Source: Eukaryota sp. TZLM1-RC (lineage: Eukaryota > Protista > Metamonada: BaSk clade). Taken from it: a stretch of 64,000 bases of DNA. The translations under genes and the position numbers were made by a program. The DNA lies in contig JAUPSS010000004.1 in the NCBI GenBank assembly GCA_040285825.1, forward strand, positions 2,646,550 to 2,710,549, in the 5' to 3' direction. Positions 24,064-36,156 of the stretch are shown here, piece by piece (positions within the stretch are counted from its first letter, which is position 1; each line of letters starts with the position of its first letter). Under the pieces are notes generated by a model, which searched no databases, was not told the origin of the DNA, and saw only the letters and a program-made list of their open reading frames with translations.

Positions 24064-25467
24064 TTAAGAGTCACACGAAGGCAAAACTTTTTTGACAAAG
24101 AACAAGGAAATGATAACTTCAAGTTCCTTGTACTCAACCAACTTATCAACAACCAAACTTCGCCACTTTGAAGCAGTCAAGCTTGAGACATTAATAGAAT
24201 CAAGCAATTCACCAAATTCTTGGCTAGACCATTCACTTGTTGCTTCTAAATACGACTTCACTAGTGACTTGACTAGCCATTCAATAAAGATTGAATTGTT
24301 ATATTCAGTGGTAACTAAGAACTGCAAGACTTCTTTCCTAAGATTCATAGGCGATAAGGATTCAAAATCATTCACATTGGGTAATAACTCCTTCAAACAA
24401 GCAGGAATATCACCTTCTGTTTGACCTGAAAGTTCCCGGAAAATTTGGTGATCACCACGCTCTTCTGCTTTGATGATTAAGGAGATGAGAAAACCAGATA
24501 AATGAATATTATCCTGAATTTTTTTAAGTGATCTTTCATACAAACATTGAATTTTGAGAAACCTTGCACAAAACATAATTTCGTAACAATTATCAACATT
24601 CAAAATGACTTCTTGTCCATACAAATAATTCAAAACAGTTTCGAAAATTTCATTAGAAACTGGCAAATCATCGCTTAGATCATACTCATGCACCTCTGAA
24701 TCTACAAATTGTTTAGAAAAACACATTTCAAAATAACCAGAAAAAAGTGATAAAATGGCTCTATGAGAATTACAAGTCTTTCCTTTGAAAACTAACCGTT
24801 GGTCACTCAGTTTACCACTAGATAGCAGCTGTGGAAGTGTGGAATGTAAGTCAATGGTAGCAATATCTTTTTTACCATGATTGAGTCTTGACGTTTGTAA
24901 TATTAATTCTTGGTTTTCAGCGTCTTTGTTGGTTAATTGTTCAGTTAAGCCTTGTATTTGATGTTTCAACCGCACATTCTCATCATGAAGTTCTTCATTT
25001 TCTTGTAATATCTCTTCTTTCTGTCTCTGATGAGCTATTCTTGCCCACGTTTGTTGTTGTTGTTGTTGAGTTTGTTGTGCCTCTCTGACATCGTTGCTTG
25101 GTGTGCTACAAGATCATGTCGGTTGGACAGCGGAATGAGTCACTAAATAAGAAGAAGATGGAGTGGATCGAGATGTTAAATGTGATGGTTCGTGTAGGCT
25201 TTGTTTGTCATATTGGAGGTTTTCACTTTTGACAGCTGATTGAGAATGCTGGTTGGTGTTGGTTCGAGAAGATTTCAACCTTTTCAGAGCAAGTCGCGTT
25301 TCGGTGATGTCTTGATCGTTGTTATCGTAGATGCTTTCGATTTGGCTGTGAATATCATACCACTTAAATTCATTGCGGAGATGTTGTAAGTCCTTCGCTC
25401 GATTACTGAAGGAAGAGCCAGAGCCAAAGCCAATAGCATTGGCAAGTCTTATATCAAAGAAAATCAT
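24064..25467 (-). CDS. BTB/POZ protein paralogue with one in-frame TGA (25114-25116)
   Basis: C-terminal 300 aa very similar to 9249..10640; ORFs 25114..25467 and 24064..24975 share a frame and the segment between them is open after the single TGA. Confidence 0.7.
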
Positions 25468-26761
25468 TATGTTTTGTTTTGGTGGGAAAATTTAATAGAC
25501 AAAATCCTGTTTTTCTGCTCAAAATAGAAATATTTATTAACATTTATTTTCCACGCAAACACAAAATAAAACAAAGTAAAACACAGACTACGCATATATT
25601 ATTCAGATTTATATTTCGAATTTTTGCTTCAGTTGAACTGAGTAATCTGTTTATCAAGGCTGGTTATGGTACAAAAACCGAATCTAGGAATTGTTGAGTC
25701 GTATGAACCTGTTGCTATTTTCTGCTTCTTGAGTGTTAATTTTGAATTTCTGAGTCCTCAAAAAGTTGAATTTTTTAGAAACTGCCATGTTCAACATTGG
25801 CAACCCTGACAGGTTTTGAAGTTACAAAGGGCCATTCGACAAAAAAGTTATCTGATAAACGATACAACTGTCATATTTGAATTTAATAATCTTCTCGCAT
25901 TATTTATCTGTCCCAATATTTACTCAGTATTCCAAAATTAGACTAATTCTCCACTCCAAGTGATTATAATATAAAAGTCACCAAATTCAAGAATACTTTT
26001 TGGAACATGTATCATACATAACACACGGTGTCATTTAAAATAGGGATAAAATGAGTCCAATTTCATGACATCTGTAATGAAGGATTTATATTAAACAAAT
26101 TTCCCAGCTTCACAGAAGGAAATTGTTTGTGCCACAATAAATTCTCCTCTAACGTGTGTAGAATAAGATAAATGAAAGGAAGAAGACAGTTATTGCCAAT
26201 AACTTATTGGTCTAAGCTATCCCAAATTAGTTTTGTTATCCATGATGATGAGATTATGAGATCAACCAAACCAACACATGTTCAGACAATGAATGAAACA
26301 CATCCATTGTTCTGTTAAAAAGAAAACGTATTGTAATGAGCAAAACAAAAAGAATTTATTGAACAAGAAACATATACATTGAAAAAACACAGAATAACTG
26401 ACAGAATCCATACGTTATGCAGCTCTCGTTGATGCACAAGAATAATGGACATCTGTCTGTTAGCATCTTATAACAAGCACCAAGACATGCTTTATGACAG
26501 GCTGGGTGGAGTGCATTGCATCGTAGACCACAAAACTCCCAGTTAGGGCAATGTTAAATACTACTTGTTAGTACTACATTACAGTTAATAATAAAATTCT
26601 TCACACCAACTCTTGGAAAATCCTGGTTAAGCTCAGATATCATTAATTTAAATATTTGGGACTATGTTTTAACTATGTTTGAGTTGCAACTTCAATCATA
26701 CATATCGATCTACAAATCGTCTTATTACTAGGCCTTTAGCCCAGAAATTCAATGAATTACG

Positions 26762-27861
26762 TGATGCCGTTAGGCAGAAATACCAAAGATGAAAAGAAGA
26801 AAAGAGAGGTTTATTAATTAAAATACATGTTCTTGAACAAGTGTCACGTCATCATGCAAATTCCTCATCTGTCTACCAAGTTAGTTTATCTGTAACAACA
26901 ACACTACTTCTTCCCATTTTCTTTCAACAGTTTCGTAAACCATTTACCATAATGAAGATAGAGGACTTGTGAGATACTGAGGCACGTGGTGTAGATGATT
27001 TACTTCGTGCTTAACTTTTGAAAGGCAATCACGAGCTAGATGTCCTTTCTGATGACATTTGAAACATGTCCCGTCAGTCAAATTGCGAGACCTATGGGAT
27101 GAACGAGACTTCATACCAGCTTGACGCACAGAGTCAGTATTTTCAGAAACTGTCTTTGAAGATTTGTTCCAAGAAGCTACTCGCGTGCAATCAAGTAGTT
27201 CATCCTCTGCGGTATTCTCCAATGTAGGAAAATCGGGGAATACCTCGTCCCGAATTCGAGAAATCAGAGATTTCTGCAGTCCTAATGGAAGAATACCCTT
27301 GGCGAATCTGATCATGAAGGCTGAGTCAGGCAATTTCAGTCCGGAAGCCCTGCTTTTCGCCTGAAGAAAACGTCTCAGGTAGCAGGACATACGTTCACGG
27401 ACATCGCACTTACGGACATCAACCTTCAACTCAGACATTACCAAGTTGAATTCCTCGTACGAGGAAAACGAGGTGGAGGATCTTAAATGATCCAGAAACA
27501 CCTCATCGGATGAATCAACCCCAGGTCTTGTGAGAACCAATGATTCTAACAAGAAGGGGTCAACGAGGAGCCTTGCTGGAACAAGGTCCTTCTTCGGTGT
27601 AACAGAAAAGTACACCTTCCACTGTTGTAGGAACAACAGGACATCATCCACTTCCATAGAAGCAAGGGACGGATGTAGTACGCGTGTAGATATCATCTGC
27701 AATGAGGGCCAATAATTATTGATGCCGTTAGGCAGAAATACCAGAGATGAAAAAAAGAAAAAAGAGGTTTATTAATAAAAATACTTGTTCTTGAACAAGT
27801 GCCACGTCATCATGTAAATTCCTCATCTGTCTACCAAGTTAGTTTATCAGCAACAACAACA
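26762..27861 (-). mobile_element. small non-autonomous LTR retroelement encoding only Gag (LTR family B)
   Basis: Direct repeats of about 142 bp at 26762-26903 and 27720-27861 (TG...CA on minus); polypurine tract GAAAGAAAATGGGAAGAAGTAG; Gag ORF 26944..27702 with zinc knuckle CFKCHQKGHLARDC; no pol. Confidence 0.85.
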
Positions 27862-27869
27862 TAAGTGCA

Positions 27870-28700
27870 AAAGTCTTGTCCCAATTACTGGAATGTAAAA
27901 CGTTCAAAACTCCTGATCATGTAGAAATGCAATTTTTGAGTTTTCTGAAAGATTTGCCGATTGGAAAGATTTATTTATGCCAACGCCAAGTTCTACTGTT
28001 TTTGCATTAAATGAAGAAATTTCAAAAATTGATGCAGAAAAATGGAATCGATGCTTTCCCCAATCATTCATTGGTAATATTCCTGAAAAGAATTATTTAA
28101 ATTTAAAATACACTCTTCAAACATTACAGAAACGATTGACTGGAATGTATGAAAATGATCTTTATAATAATATATGCAGCTCGGCTGTTTTAAATCCAGA
28201 TCTTCACTCATTGTTATTGGAAAAGGGTGTTTGTGAAAATCAGTCATCAGATTCTTCACTGTTTGCAACCATTGTACCACGAAGATTTGGATTGTGTGCC
28301 ACTTATGAAGCATTTGTAACAAAAATGAGATTATATCTGAATATCCCCATTAAGCAATTATTATCAAAAGAAAAATGTATTTGTTCGAATTCACCACAGC
28401 TCACTTTATGTCATGCTCTGAATTGTTCAAAATTGATACCTTATCGTTCTTCATTACATGATGCTGGTAGAGACACTGTTTTAAATGTGGCAAAAACTGC
28501 AAGAATTTAGTGTATCAAAGAACCTCTGCTGAAAGAAGCACTGTCATTGAATAATTTTGGTTCTGATGACAGAGGTGATATATACTGTGATTGGATTGAG
28601 ACCTCTGAACTTGTTGCTGTTTTTGTCTCCGGTAGAGTTGCAAATGACACTTTGGCTCAAAGAAGAAAAGTTAATCCTGTAAGCGCTCTTGAAATTATTA
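27870..28700 (+). mobile_element. RLE non-LTR fragment, family B
   Basis: ORFs 27977..28510 and 28547..28759 homologous to 5063-5780 and 53290-53795. Confidence 0.75.
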
Positions 28701-29764
28701 ATGAATTTAGTTCAGTTAACATTGACCGTTGGGTAGATCGGGACTGTGTTGTTAACTGAGCATTTTTCTTAAAATTGCTTGTTCGGTGTGATGTGTAAAT
28801 GGTTTCACTGGAATAGTTGCCACCCCGGCAGAAGTCTTCATGAAAAGAACAATACCCAGAAGGCGGGTGGTTTGGAACAAAACCCTTGCTGTGAACAGTT
28901 TGATCGCAGTTATATTTCATTAATGAAATGCAAATTGTTCTAGATTACAAAGTCTACAATGAACATCGTCTACGAAGAATTATAATTAAATTTATAATCC
29001 GCTTTCAAATACTGACAATTTAACAATCAAAGAATACGGTGAAACTCCTTCCAAATTGTGCACCCAACAGCATGCATAAACACAATTTGTATCTATCTGC
29101 TTAAATCTCTCCCACTGAATTACGGTTTTCGGTGTGGCTTTAAATCAAGGAGTTTCAACATCGAATCGACGATATACCGCCATCTGAAATTTTTGGTCGA
29201 TAGATTATCGAAGTCGAAACGATAATCGAAATTATCGGTCTCGATATTGTGCAAGTGTATTCAGTTATGAATAACAAAAGAATAAATAAAAAATTTAAAC
29301 AAAATGAAGACCAAAAACAGAAAAACCGTCCAATGAATGAGTCGTTGTTCATCAAAACATGACATTAAAACATTCATAGTTGATGATTCATGCGAACTGT
29401 TGTCACATCATACCATACTCTACTTGTATGAAGAATCAATTCCAGTTGAAAGCTTTCAGGAGAAATATTCCAGCGGCTATTATCGATTTTTGCTGAATTT
29501 TTGCTTTGCTAAAAAGCCGTTCACAAGCATTTCAAGCTGCTGATATCGATTTGACATCTGTACACTGGATTGACTCAACCGTTCTTTCCCTTTCAAGAAC
29601 TCTGTCTTTGAAGAGACGTTTGCGAATAGAAATAAAACAATCAGATACACAACCAAGGCACCAAAAATCTGCCAATCATCCTCAAAATCTGTCTTTCCAA
29701 GATCGAGTTATAAATTGTCTAATAAATATCATTAATTTGAAAAAATATTTCATCAACTAATGAA

Positions 29765-30197
29765 CGAAGAACTTTCACTTAAAAGGTCCAAAACATTCAA
29801 CAGAAATGAAAATGATTAAAATATAATAATAAACAAAAAATTGGTGGAAAAACCAAAAGTTTCACATCCAATCTCACTTGATGACCACCAAGCCCTCATC
29901 TCCCAAAATTTGAGCAGCTTTGACAACTAAAGAGTTTATCTCCACTTGATTTGATATAGAAAAAACCAATCTCTTATTATTACCAACATAATGAACCAAT
30001 CCAAGATCCAATAGACTACGAATTCCTTCCTCAAAAACATTAAAGAATTAATTTTATTGTTGAAAAGGTCAAAATGAAAAGCATAATTTGAAAAATAAGT
30101 GAGACAAACTGAAATTTCTACAGAGCCAGCCGCACAAAGGGTTGATGTATTTTCCAATTCGTCAACCAATTTCCCTCTCCTTTTTGACATTTTCTCT
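29765..30197 (-). pseudogene. partial duplicate of the ORC5-like gene 3' end and 3' flank
   Basis: KMSKRRGKLVDELEN...AAGSVEISVCL matches 34870-35310 with substitutions and a frameshift. Confidence 0.8.
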
Positions 30198-30698
30198 GCG
30201 GTCAGTAACTCGTGTGAATGGTAAAGCGATGAGTAAGTTTTGGAGCAAGACTGTTCACGGTTCAAGACGGTAAATTGAATTAAAAATTGATGTAAATTAT
30301 AAATGAAAAGTTTGTGTTATTGATGATATCAAAACAATAATAATAATAATAAAATTGTTGTTTACATGATTGGTGTTGACAATCACTATGTGACTTCAAA
30401 ATATCTAAAAATGAGTTTTGCAAAATGGATTTGATAGGGGTGATGTTTTTGAATCAAGACTTTTTATTAATAGGAAGGAGGGTTATGTGAGAAACATTGA
30501 AATAGCCAAGTATTTTACCTCTGTAGTTTTTGCCTTTCAGAAGATTTTTGTTGATGAAACAACGGAATAAGAAATAGGAATATCCATATTGATCAAATAT
30601 ATAATCAGCTTTTTTTGGTTGTCAACCAAATCTTGGACACTCCTTTTTTAGGTGCAATCGCATCATCATCAGATTTGACATTGTTGTGCCATTAGCCG

Positions 30699-31637
30699 AT
30701 GCCGGTGGCCTTATCTTCTGTAGATCATGTCTATACATTCCTTAACAACGTAAGCCTTCCATCTCCTCCTACAATGATCACTCCACTATCGGGGGGAACT
30801 ACCAACAAACTTTTTAAAATCTTATTAGAAGATGGTACTTCACTTTCATGCAGATTCTTTGGCAACAGGACCTGCATTGTCATTGACAGAGATCAAGAAC
30901 TGTTTTTACGACACCATCTCATCCAGTTTTCGCTTGCTCCCCGTGTGTTGTTTTCCAACAAGGCAGGTGATGTTGCTGAGTACATTGAGGGACGTTCACT
31001 TGAGGACGATGAAATGGCAAGGTTTGCTCCGTCAGTCATAGAAAGTCTCTGCAAGCTACATTCTTGCCCTGTTCCCACTCAAGCAACTAATAAGTCTATT
31101 TTTGACACTACTCGATCTTGGATTTCGCAACTTGAGTCAGGCAACTCATTGATTTCACTTGATCTAAACCGAATATCAGTTTTATTAAAGTATTTTGAAC
31201 ACAGAATTTCTCAATTACCCAAACTTAATCCTTGTATTTGCCATAATGATTTGCATGCCGGAAATCTAATTCTAACTCCTGAAAATCAAATTTCTTTTAT
31301 TGATTGCGAATATTGTTCTCTCAACAATCCCGCTTATGATTTGGCTAATTTCTTTGTTGAACACACTACATCTGAAATGATTTACAAATTATTTCCCAGT
31401 AGAAAAAGGAGACTTGAATTATTATCTCAATATCAAAACTTAATGAATCATTCTATAAGTCTCTGTGAATTCTGTGATCTTGTGGATAATTTTGTTTCTA
31501 TTTCCTTACTTCATTGGGCGGTATGGGCAGAGTTAATGGCTCAATGTGTTGATGCAGAGTTTGATTATCATCTTTATGTCAAGAAAAGAATACAACTTTT
31601 AGATGATTGGCTGCGTGGAAATTATTTAAGTTTGTGA
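30699..31637 (+). CDS. choline/ethanolamine kinase
   Basis: LSGGTTNKLF, IDRDQE, Brenner motif CHNDLHAGN, FIDCEY...NNPAYDLANFFVE and HWAVWA. Confidence 0.9.
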   Translation: MPVALSSVDHVYTFLNNVSLPSPPTMITPLSGGTTNKLFKILLEDGTSLSCRFFGNRTCIVIDRDQELFLRHHLIQFSLAPRVLFSNKAGDVAEYIEGRSLEDDEMARFAPSVIESLCKLHSCPVPTQATNKSIFDTTRSWISQLESGNSLISLDLNRISVLLKYFEHRISQLPKLNPCICHNDLHAGNLILTPENQISFIDCEYCSLNNPAYDLANFFVEHTTSEMIYKLFPSRKRRLELLSQYQNLMNHSISLCEFCDLVDNFVSISLLHWAVWAELMAQCVDAEFDYHLYVKKRIQLLDDWLRGNYLSL

Positions 31638-32485
31638 TTTCCCGTTCAATGAAAGGACTGTTTTATTAATATTGTTTTCAGTAATTCAGCTGTATGCTTT
31701 CCAATTCAATTGATTTTTAGTCATTAAAAATAAAACATCTGTATTTTTTGAGAACAAGAATTTTGTCTGAAATGATCAAATTTTCTCTAGTCGACCAAGG
31801 AAATTTCCACACGATGCATGAATATTCCATAAGTCAATAAATGTAGAATAAACGATCCAAACTGCACTTTTTTTAGCGTCTTTTGATTTGTTTCAATAAA
31901 CTACACAACAAATGTATGCATTATTTTACAAGGACATGTAAATTGTGTTTTTTGATGCTTTATGAATTGGCTGATTTTGAAGCCTAAAACACCTGAAGAG
32001 TGGTATACATACACACTTATAATTACTGCTAAAAATGCTTCCTGGCTATAAAAGGTGAAAACAATACCAATGATATTGATAAATAATAATACCAATTAGT
32101 TAAATTTCATGACTAAATCTGCAATTGCTGTTCTTCCATTTGAATATGTCAAAATCTGAGGAGGATTATCTTCATAAAGAGTCAACCACTTGGCAATATA
32201 CTTTTTTTAACGGAAATATTTATTGAGATAAGAAAATTATACCGAGAATAAAGCCAATTTCACTGTCTCCTTAACAATTGTGCAAACTTTTGAATTATTC
32301 GTAATAGCTTGTGTCAATGCTATGAAATGTTCCCTTGACTTTGGGTAAATCAAGAAAATGCTGCACGACACAATGTTCCCTTGACATAGTTTGATAGATT
32401 TGGTCTTTGTATCGACAATGTTTCAAGGGAAAATTAAAGAAAATGTAATAATCTAGCATCAATTAAAATCACAAAAACTAAAGGA

Positions 32486-33367
32486 TTAAACAGCATTAGC
32501 AACAGTATAACCGTTGCCCATGTTGTTACACTTCATGAGCGAAGGTTTCCACATTTGGCAGTAGACCTTCCAATTCATTGCAGCGACTATAACGGCAACA
32601 AGAAGCCAAATAAACTCACCAAGAGCAAAGTTGCTAAAGTTCAAACTAAAGACTCGCAACTCAAAGCTTGGAGTATAATTGTTGATAGCGTTAACTGCTC
32701 CATGAAAAACAATAGCCAAGAAAGCGCTACCTTCTGTCTTGAGCCACAACCATGTGAGTACTACTGCAAGAGAACATACACCAACAGGGTAATATACCAA
32801 CCAATCCATTAATGAAAACTCAGCTTGGAAGGAATCGGGAACAAGAGCGAGAGGAAGATGCCAGAACGACCACGCTAACCCAAGCACTAGGCTTGAGATC
32901 AAAGGGTTGAAATGTGCCATCAGACGTATCTGGGCAAAACCTCTCCAACCTGGCTCCTCCATACCACCTCCTACAAGTGCCATGAACAGGAGCAATAAAG
33001 GAAACGTCCAGAAGGGAAGAACATCATCAGTGTTGATGTTCTTGCCCACAGTATAACACATCAAGAGCAAAATAGTGAGAACTGCTAAGGGAATTCCTAT
33101 AGCAGCGATGTACCATCTATAATGCAACTTCCAGTGCAATGTTGAACGCCAGAGTTCATCCGTTGTTTGGGTCTTTTTACTGACAACATAAGCAGCAACC
33201 ATCGGACCAAGAACACCCAGGAGCATTATCAAGGCACTTAAATCTTCAGATGGAATAAAAGCTGCAGAAATCCAACAAATAGCAGAGAAGAGATAAGCCA
33301 GAGCAAAGAAAACGGCCAGTGGTTTCCATCTTTGAATCGATTGGTATTGGTGTGACGATAGTAGCAT
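32486..33367 (-). CDS. CPBP-family (CAAX protease/Abi) intramembrane metalloprotease
   Basis: GGGMEEPGWRGF (EExxxR), WSFWHLP and FHGAVN motifs; multiple TM segments. Confidence 0.85.
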   Translation of the reverse strand: MLLSSHQYQSIQRWKPLAVFFALAYLFSAICWISAAFIPSEDLSALIMLLGVLGPMVAAYVVSKKTQTTDELWRSTLHWKLHYRWYIAAIGIPLAVLTILLLMCYTVGKNINTDDVLPFWTFPLLLLFMALVGGGMEEPGWRGFAQIRLMAHFNPLISSLVLGLAWSFWHLPLALVPDSFQAEFSLMDWLVYYPVGVCSLAVVLTWLWLKTEGSAFLAIVFHGAVNAINNYTPSFELRVFSLNFSNFALGEFIWLLVAVIVAAMNWKVYCQMWKPSLMKCNNMGNGYTVANAV

Positions 33368-34689
33368 TCTGATTGGAAATTGATGGGAGATTGAGTGATT
33401 GGTATGCTAATTCTGGTTTCCCTTCAAAATCTGTTTTTGATATTGGTCCTGATTAAGATGGGGTTTCAGTAATTGTTACCCAAATGTTTGACAACTAAAA
33501 GATTGGCAGCAAATACTTCTGGTCAGTTGATTGTACATACAAAATTGACAAGAAAGGTACAACCATGAACTACTAGTGATTGTTTTCGTGTATATTAATA
33601 ACTACATTAATTATTGAATTAATCAAGTAAAGTATCATGTGTGGTATCACGTGATCATTAGTTCATGGAGTATTGTGCACGAAAGTCAACAAATTAAAGA
33701 TTGTGTGATTTAAACTTCTGGATGTGACAGGAACATCTTGAGATGATAATGAAAATAATGATGTTGTAAGCATTTCTTCAAATCAAATGTCTTGATGAAC
33801 TACAACACTCAATCAAATACAGTCAGATCTTATGAGACCAAAATCTTTGAACCAAATTTTCCTTACAAAATCCTGACCTGCTTGAATTCTCGCCGTTAAT
33901 TCGATAAAAAAACGGAGGAAAACTATTGATTGGTGGAATTATAATTCGTGAACACCAGTGAGAAAGATCACATCAAATCTCTTCAGTGCTGTTTCTTGAA
34001 CCCTTTTTTGGAAATCGCCCAAAAATGTTGCTGCTTCAATTGATGGTTTACAGTTTGATGCGAAACTAATAAATCCTTTGTTTATTGGATGTCTCAACTA
34101 TAGACAAAATCCTTATGTTTTGACTGAGATACTAAATTAAAAGGATCATAGCAACAATTAGTAGACCTCATTGAAATAATGATGGTCATTCCTTCAAGAG
34201 CTTCAAATATAAAATCACCTCTGTTTCGTGCACAAAAATGCAGCTCGCTTTCACCAACCAAAGTAGAGAATAGAGTTATGAAACGTTTCCAATGCACAGA
34301 GAATGTGGAGTAACATTCACTCTGCAGTTGCAAGTTAAATTGTGAAGGATGTTGTCTAACAAAATGTAATAACGCACACTTATTATACTGAAAAAGCAGA
34401 ATCAGCGAAAAGCAAATTATGTATTTGAGGAATTTTAATTTTGGATGAGATATGAAAATGGTTGAGAATGATTGAGTTTATCCAACATAGAACTGGAACT
34501 TCATTTGTATTAGAGTGTAAGTGACATAGTTTGTTGCAACTACCTGTTTGAATGGTTGCAATCCGACTTTTTGAGGCTAGTTCTAGTGCATCAGATAATT
34601 TTGAATCAACATTGTCAAATTCCGCCAATGAAATCAAAACCAGTTTGGAAATACCACACGAAATTTACCTGAATTACTTTACGGGACAT

Positions 34690-34830
34690 ATTTTTAAGGG
34701 GATGTTGAAGATGGTTTCTGATGCTTTGCTTTCTCTTGGGTCTCACTATGAGAGAGTTGCATCCAGTGTTTTTGTTTTGGGAGAGATGGGATATTTAGAT
34801 GTTGATTTAGAAGTTTTTAATAAATAATTT
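34690..34830 (+). mobile_element. RLE non-LTR 3'-end fragment, family C
   Basis: FKGMLKMVSDALLSLGSHYERVASSVFVLGEMGYLDVDL, near-identical to the 37358-37480 end. Confidence 0.7.
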
Positions 34831-34986
34831 AAATTTAAGAAACTATTAACTAAACCGATGCATGATGCATGAAGAACTTTCACTTAAAAAAGTCCCAAAC
34901 ATTCCACAGAAACGAAAACAAATGGAAAAAATAATTAATTAAACAAAAAATTGCTCAAAAAAAAACCAAAAATTTCACATCCTATC

Positions 34987-36156
34987 TCACTTGATGACCA
35001 CCAAGCCCTCAACTCCCAAACTTTGAGCAGCTTTTACAACTAAAGAGTTAATCTCCACTTGATTTGAATGGGAAAAAGCTAATCTCTTATTATTACCGAC
35101 ATAATGAACCAATCCAAGGTCCAATAGACCATGAACTCCTTCCTCGAAAAACATTAAAGAATATGTGTTATTGTTGAAAAAGTCAGAATGAAAAACATAA
35201 TTCGTAAAATAAGCGAGACATACTGAAATTTCTACAGAGCCAGCCGCAAAAAGAGTTGGTCTATTTTCCAATTCGTCAACCAATTTCCCTCTCCTTTTTG
35301 ACATTTTCTTTGAATTTTGACCTATATTTGTCACCCTCTTATTTGTGCTAGATGAATTGATACAACCAAGAAAAATAGAGATCAAAACTCCACGTGACCA
35401 ATCAGAAAGTGTATGAATGATTGATTCAACAAAATCAATATTTGATTGAATAAGGTTTTGGTCAAATTGTTGAGGATCAAGTGACATCTTGACACGCGAG
35501 AAGAGCTCATCATGAGACATCTCGTGAAAATTTGATGGAAATTTCTTTCTCACGCATTCAAAAACAAAATCAACATCTAAATTGTAAGTAAACATTCTAT
35601 CAACAATTACTGAGCATAGTTCATTTTTAACCGAAACTTCTAATTTAAACTGCTCCAAGACTCTCGAAATGGCGTATTTAAACGAGGTTCTAGTGAACGG
35701 ATGGATGAAAAGAGTTGGTGGATCAAAATAACCAGAAAAGATAGAAGAGAAGAAACATGGGGGTTTGTTGGAGACAAAAATGGTGAAGAGGGAATCATCA
35801 TGAGGTAGGTTCAGTGTTGAGCGTAATGTATGGGGGTTGAGAGGGAGTTTTGGTGAGGGATAAGTTAGAGTAGTGTCGAGATCGTCGAGGATGAGGTAAA
35901 GAGAGCTATGTGTTTGATGGTTGATCATGCGTTGAAGAGAAGAGGAAGCTGAAATGATGAGGGAACGCCATGATGAGAAGTGTTTTGCAGATATGTAGAC
36001 GTGAGGGATAGATGTGAATGCAGTGGTCGTTATGAAGGTTTTAGCAGATCGTGGACCATATAACCATAGTAGTGATTCTTGTTGATATAGTGGTTGGGAT
36101 ACAAAAGAAGAGACCCTGGAGAGTGCTTGCTGGTGTATGGTGGACAGTTCCCCCAT
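34987..36156 (-). CDS. ORC5: divergent origin recognition complex subunit 5-like AAA+ protein (389 aa)
   Basis: Degenerate Walker A LWLYGPRSAKT, Walker B LYLILDDLD and C-terminal LSDWSRGVLISIFLGCINSSSTNKR plus basic stretch resemble ORC5; ATG at 36156; the upstream 146 aa of the track ORF is Fanzor. Confidence 0.6.
   Translation of the reverse strand: MGELSTIHQQALSRVSSFVSQPLYQQESLLWLYGPRSAKTFITTTAFTSIPHVYISAKHFSSWRSLIISASSSLQRMINHQTHSSLYLILDDLDTTLTYPSPKLPLNPHTLRSTLNLPHDDSLFTIFVSNKPPCFFSSIFSGYFDPPTLFIHPFTRTSFKYAISRVLEQFKLEVSVKNELCSVIVDRMFTYNLDVDFVFECVRKKFPSNFHEMSHDELFSRVKMSLDPQQFDQNLIQSNIDFVESIIHTLSDWSRGVLISIFLGCINSSSTNKRVTNIGQNSKKMSKRRGKLVDELENRPTLFAAGSVEISVCLAYFTNYVFHSDFFNNNTYSLMFFEEGVHGLLDLGLVHYVGNNKRLAFSHSNQVEINSLVVKAAQSLGVEGLVVIK

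Noticed and set aside
31800-31840. TTCCACACGA and TTCCATAAGT words resembling the family-2 Fanzor end
   Set aside because: Matches are short and in inconsistent orientations; likely chance
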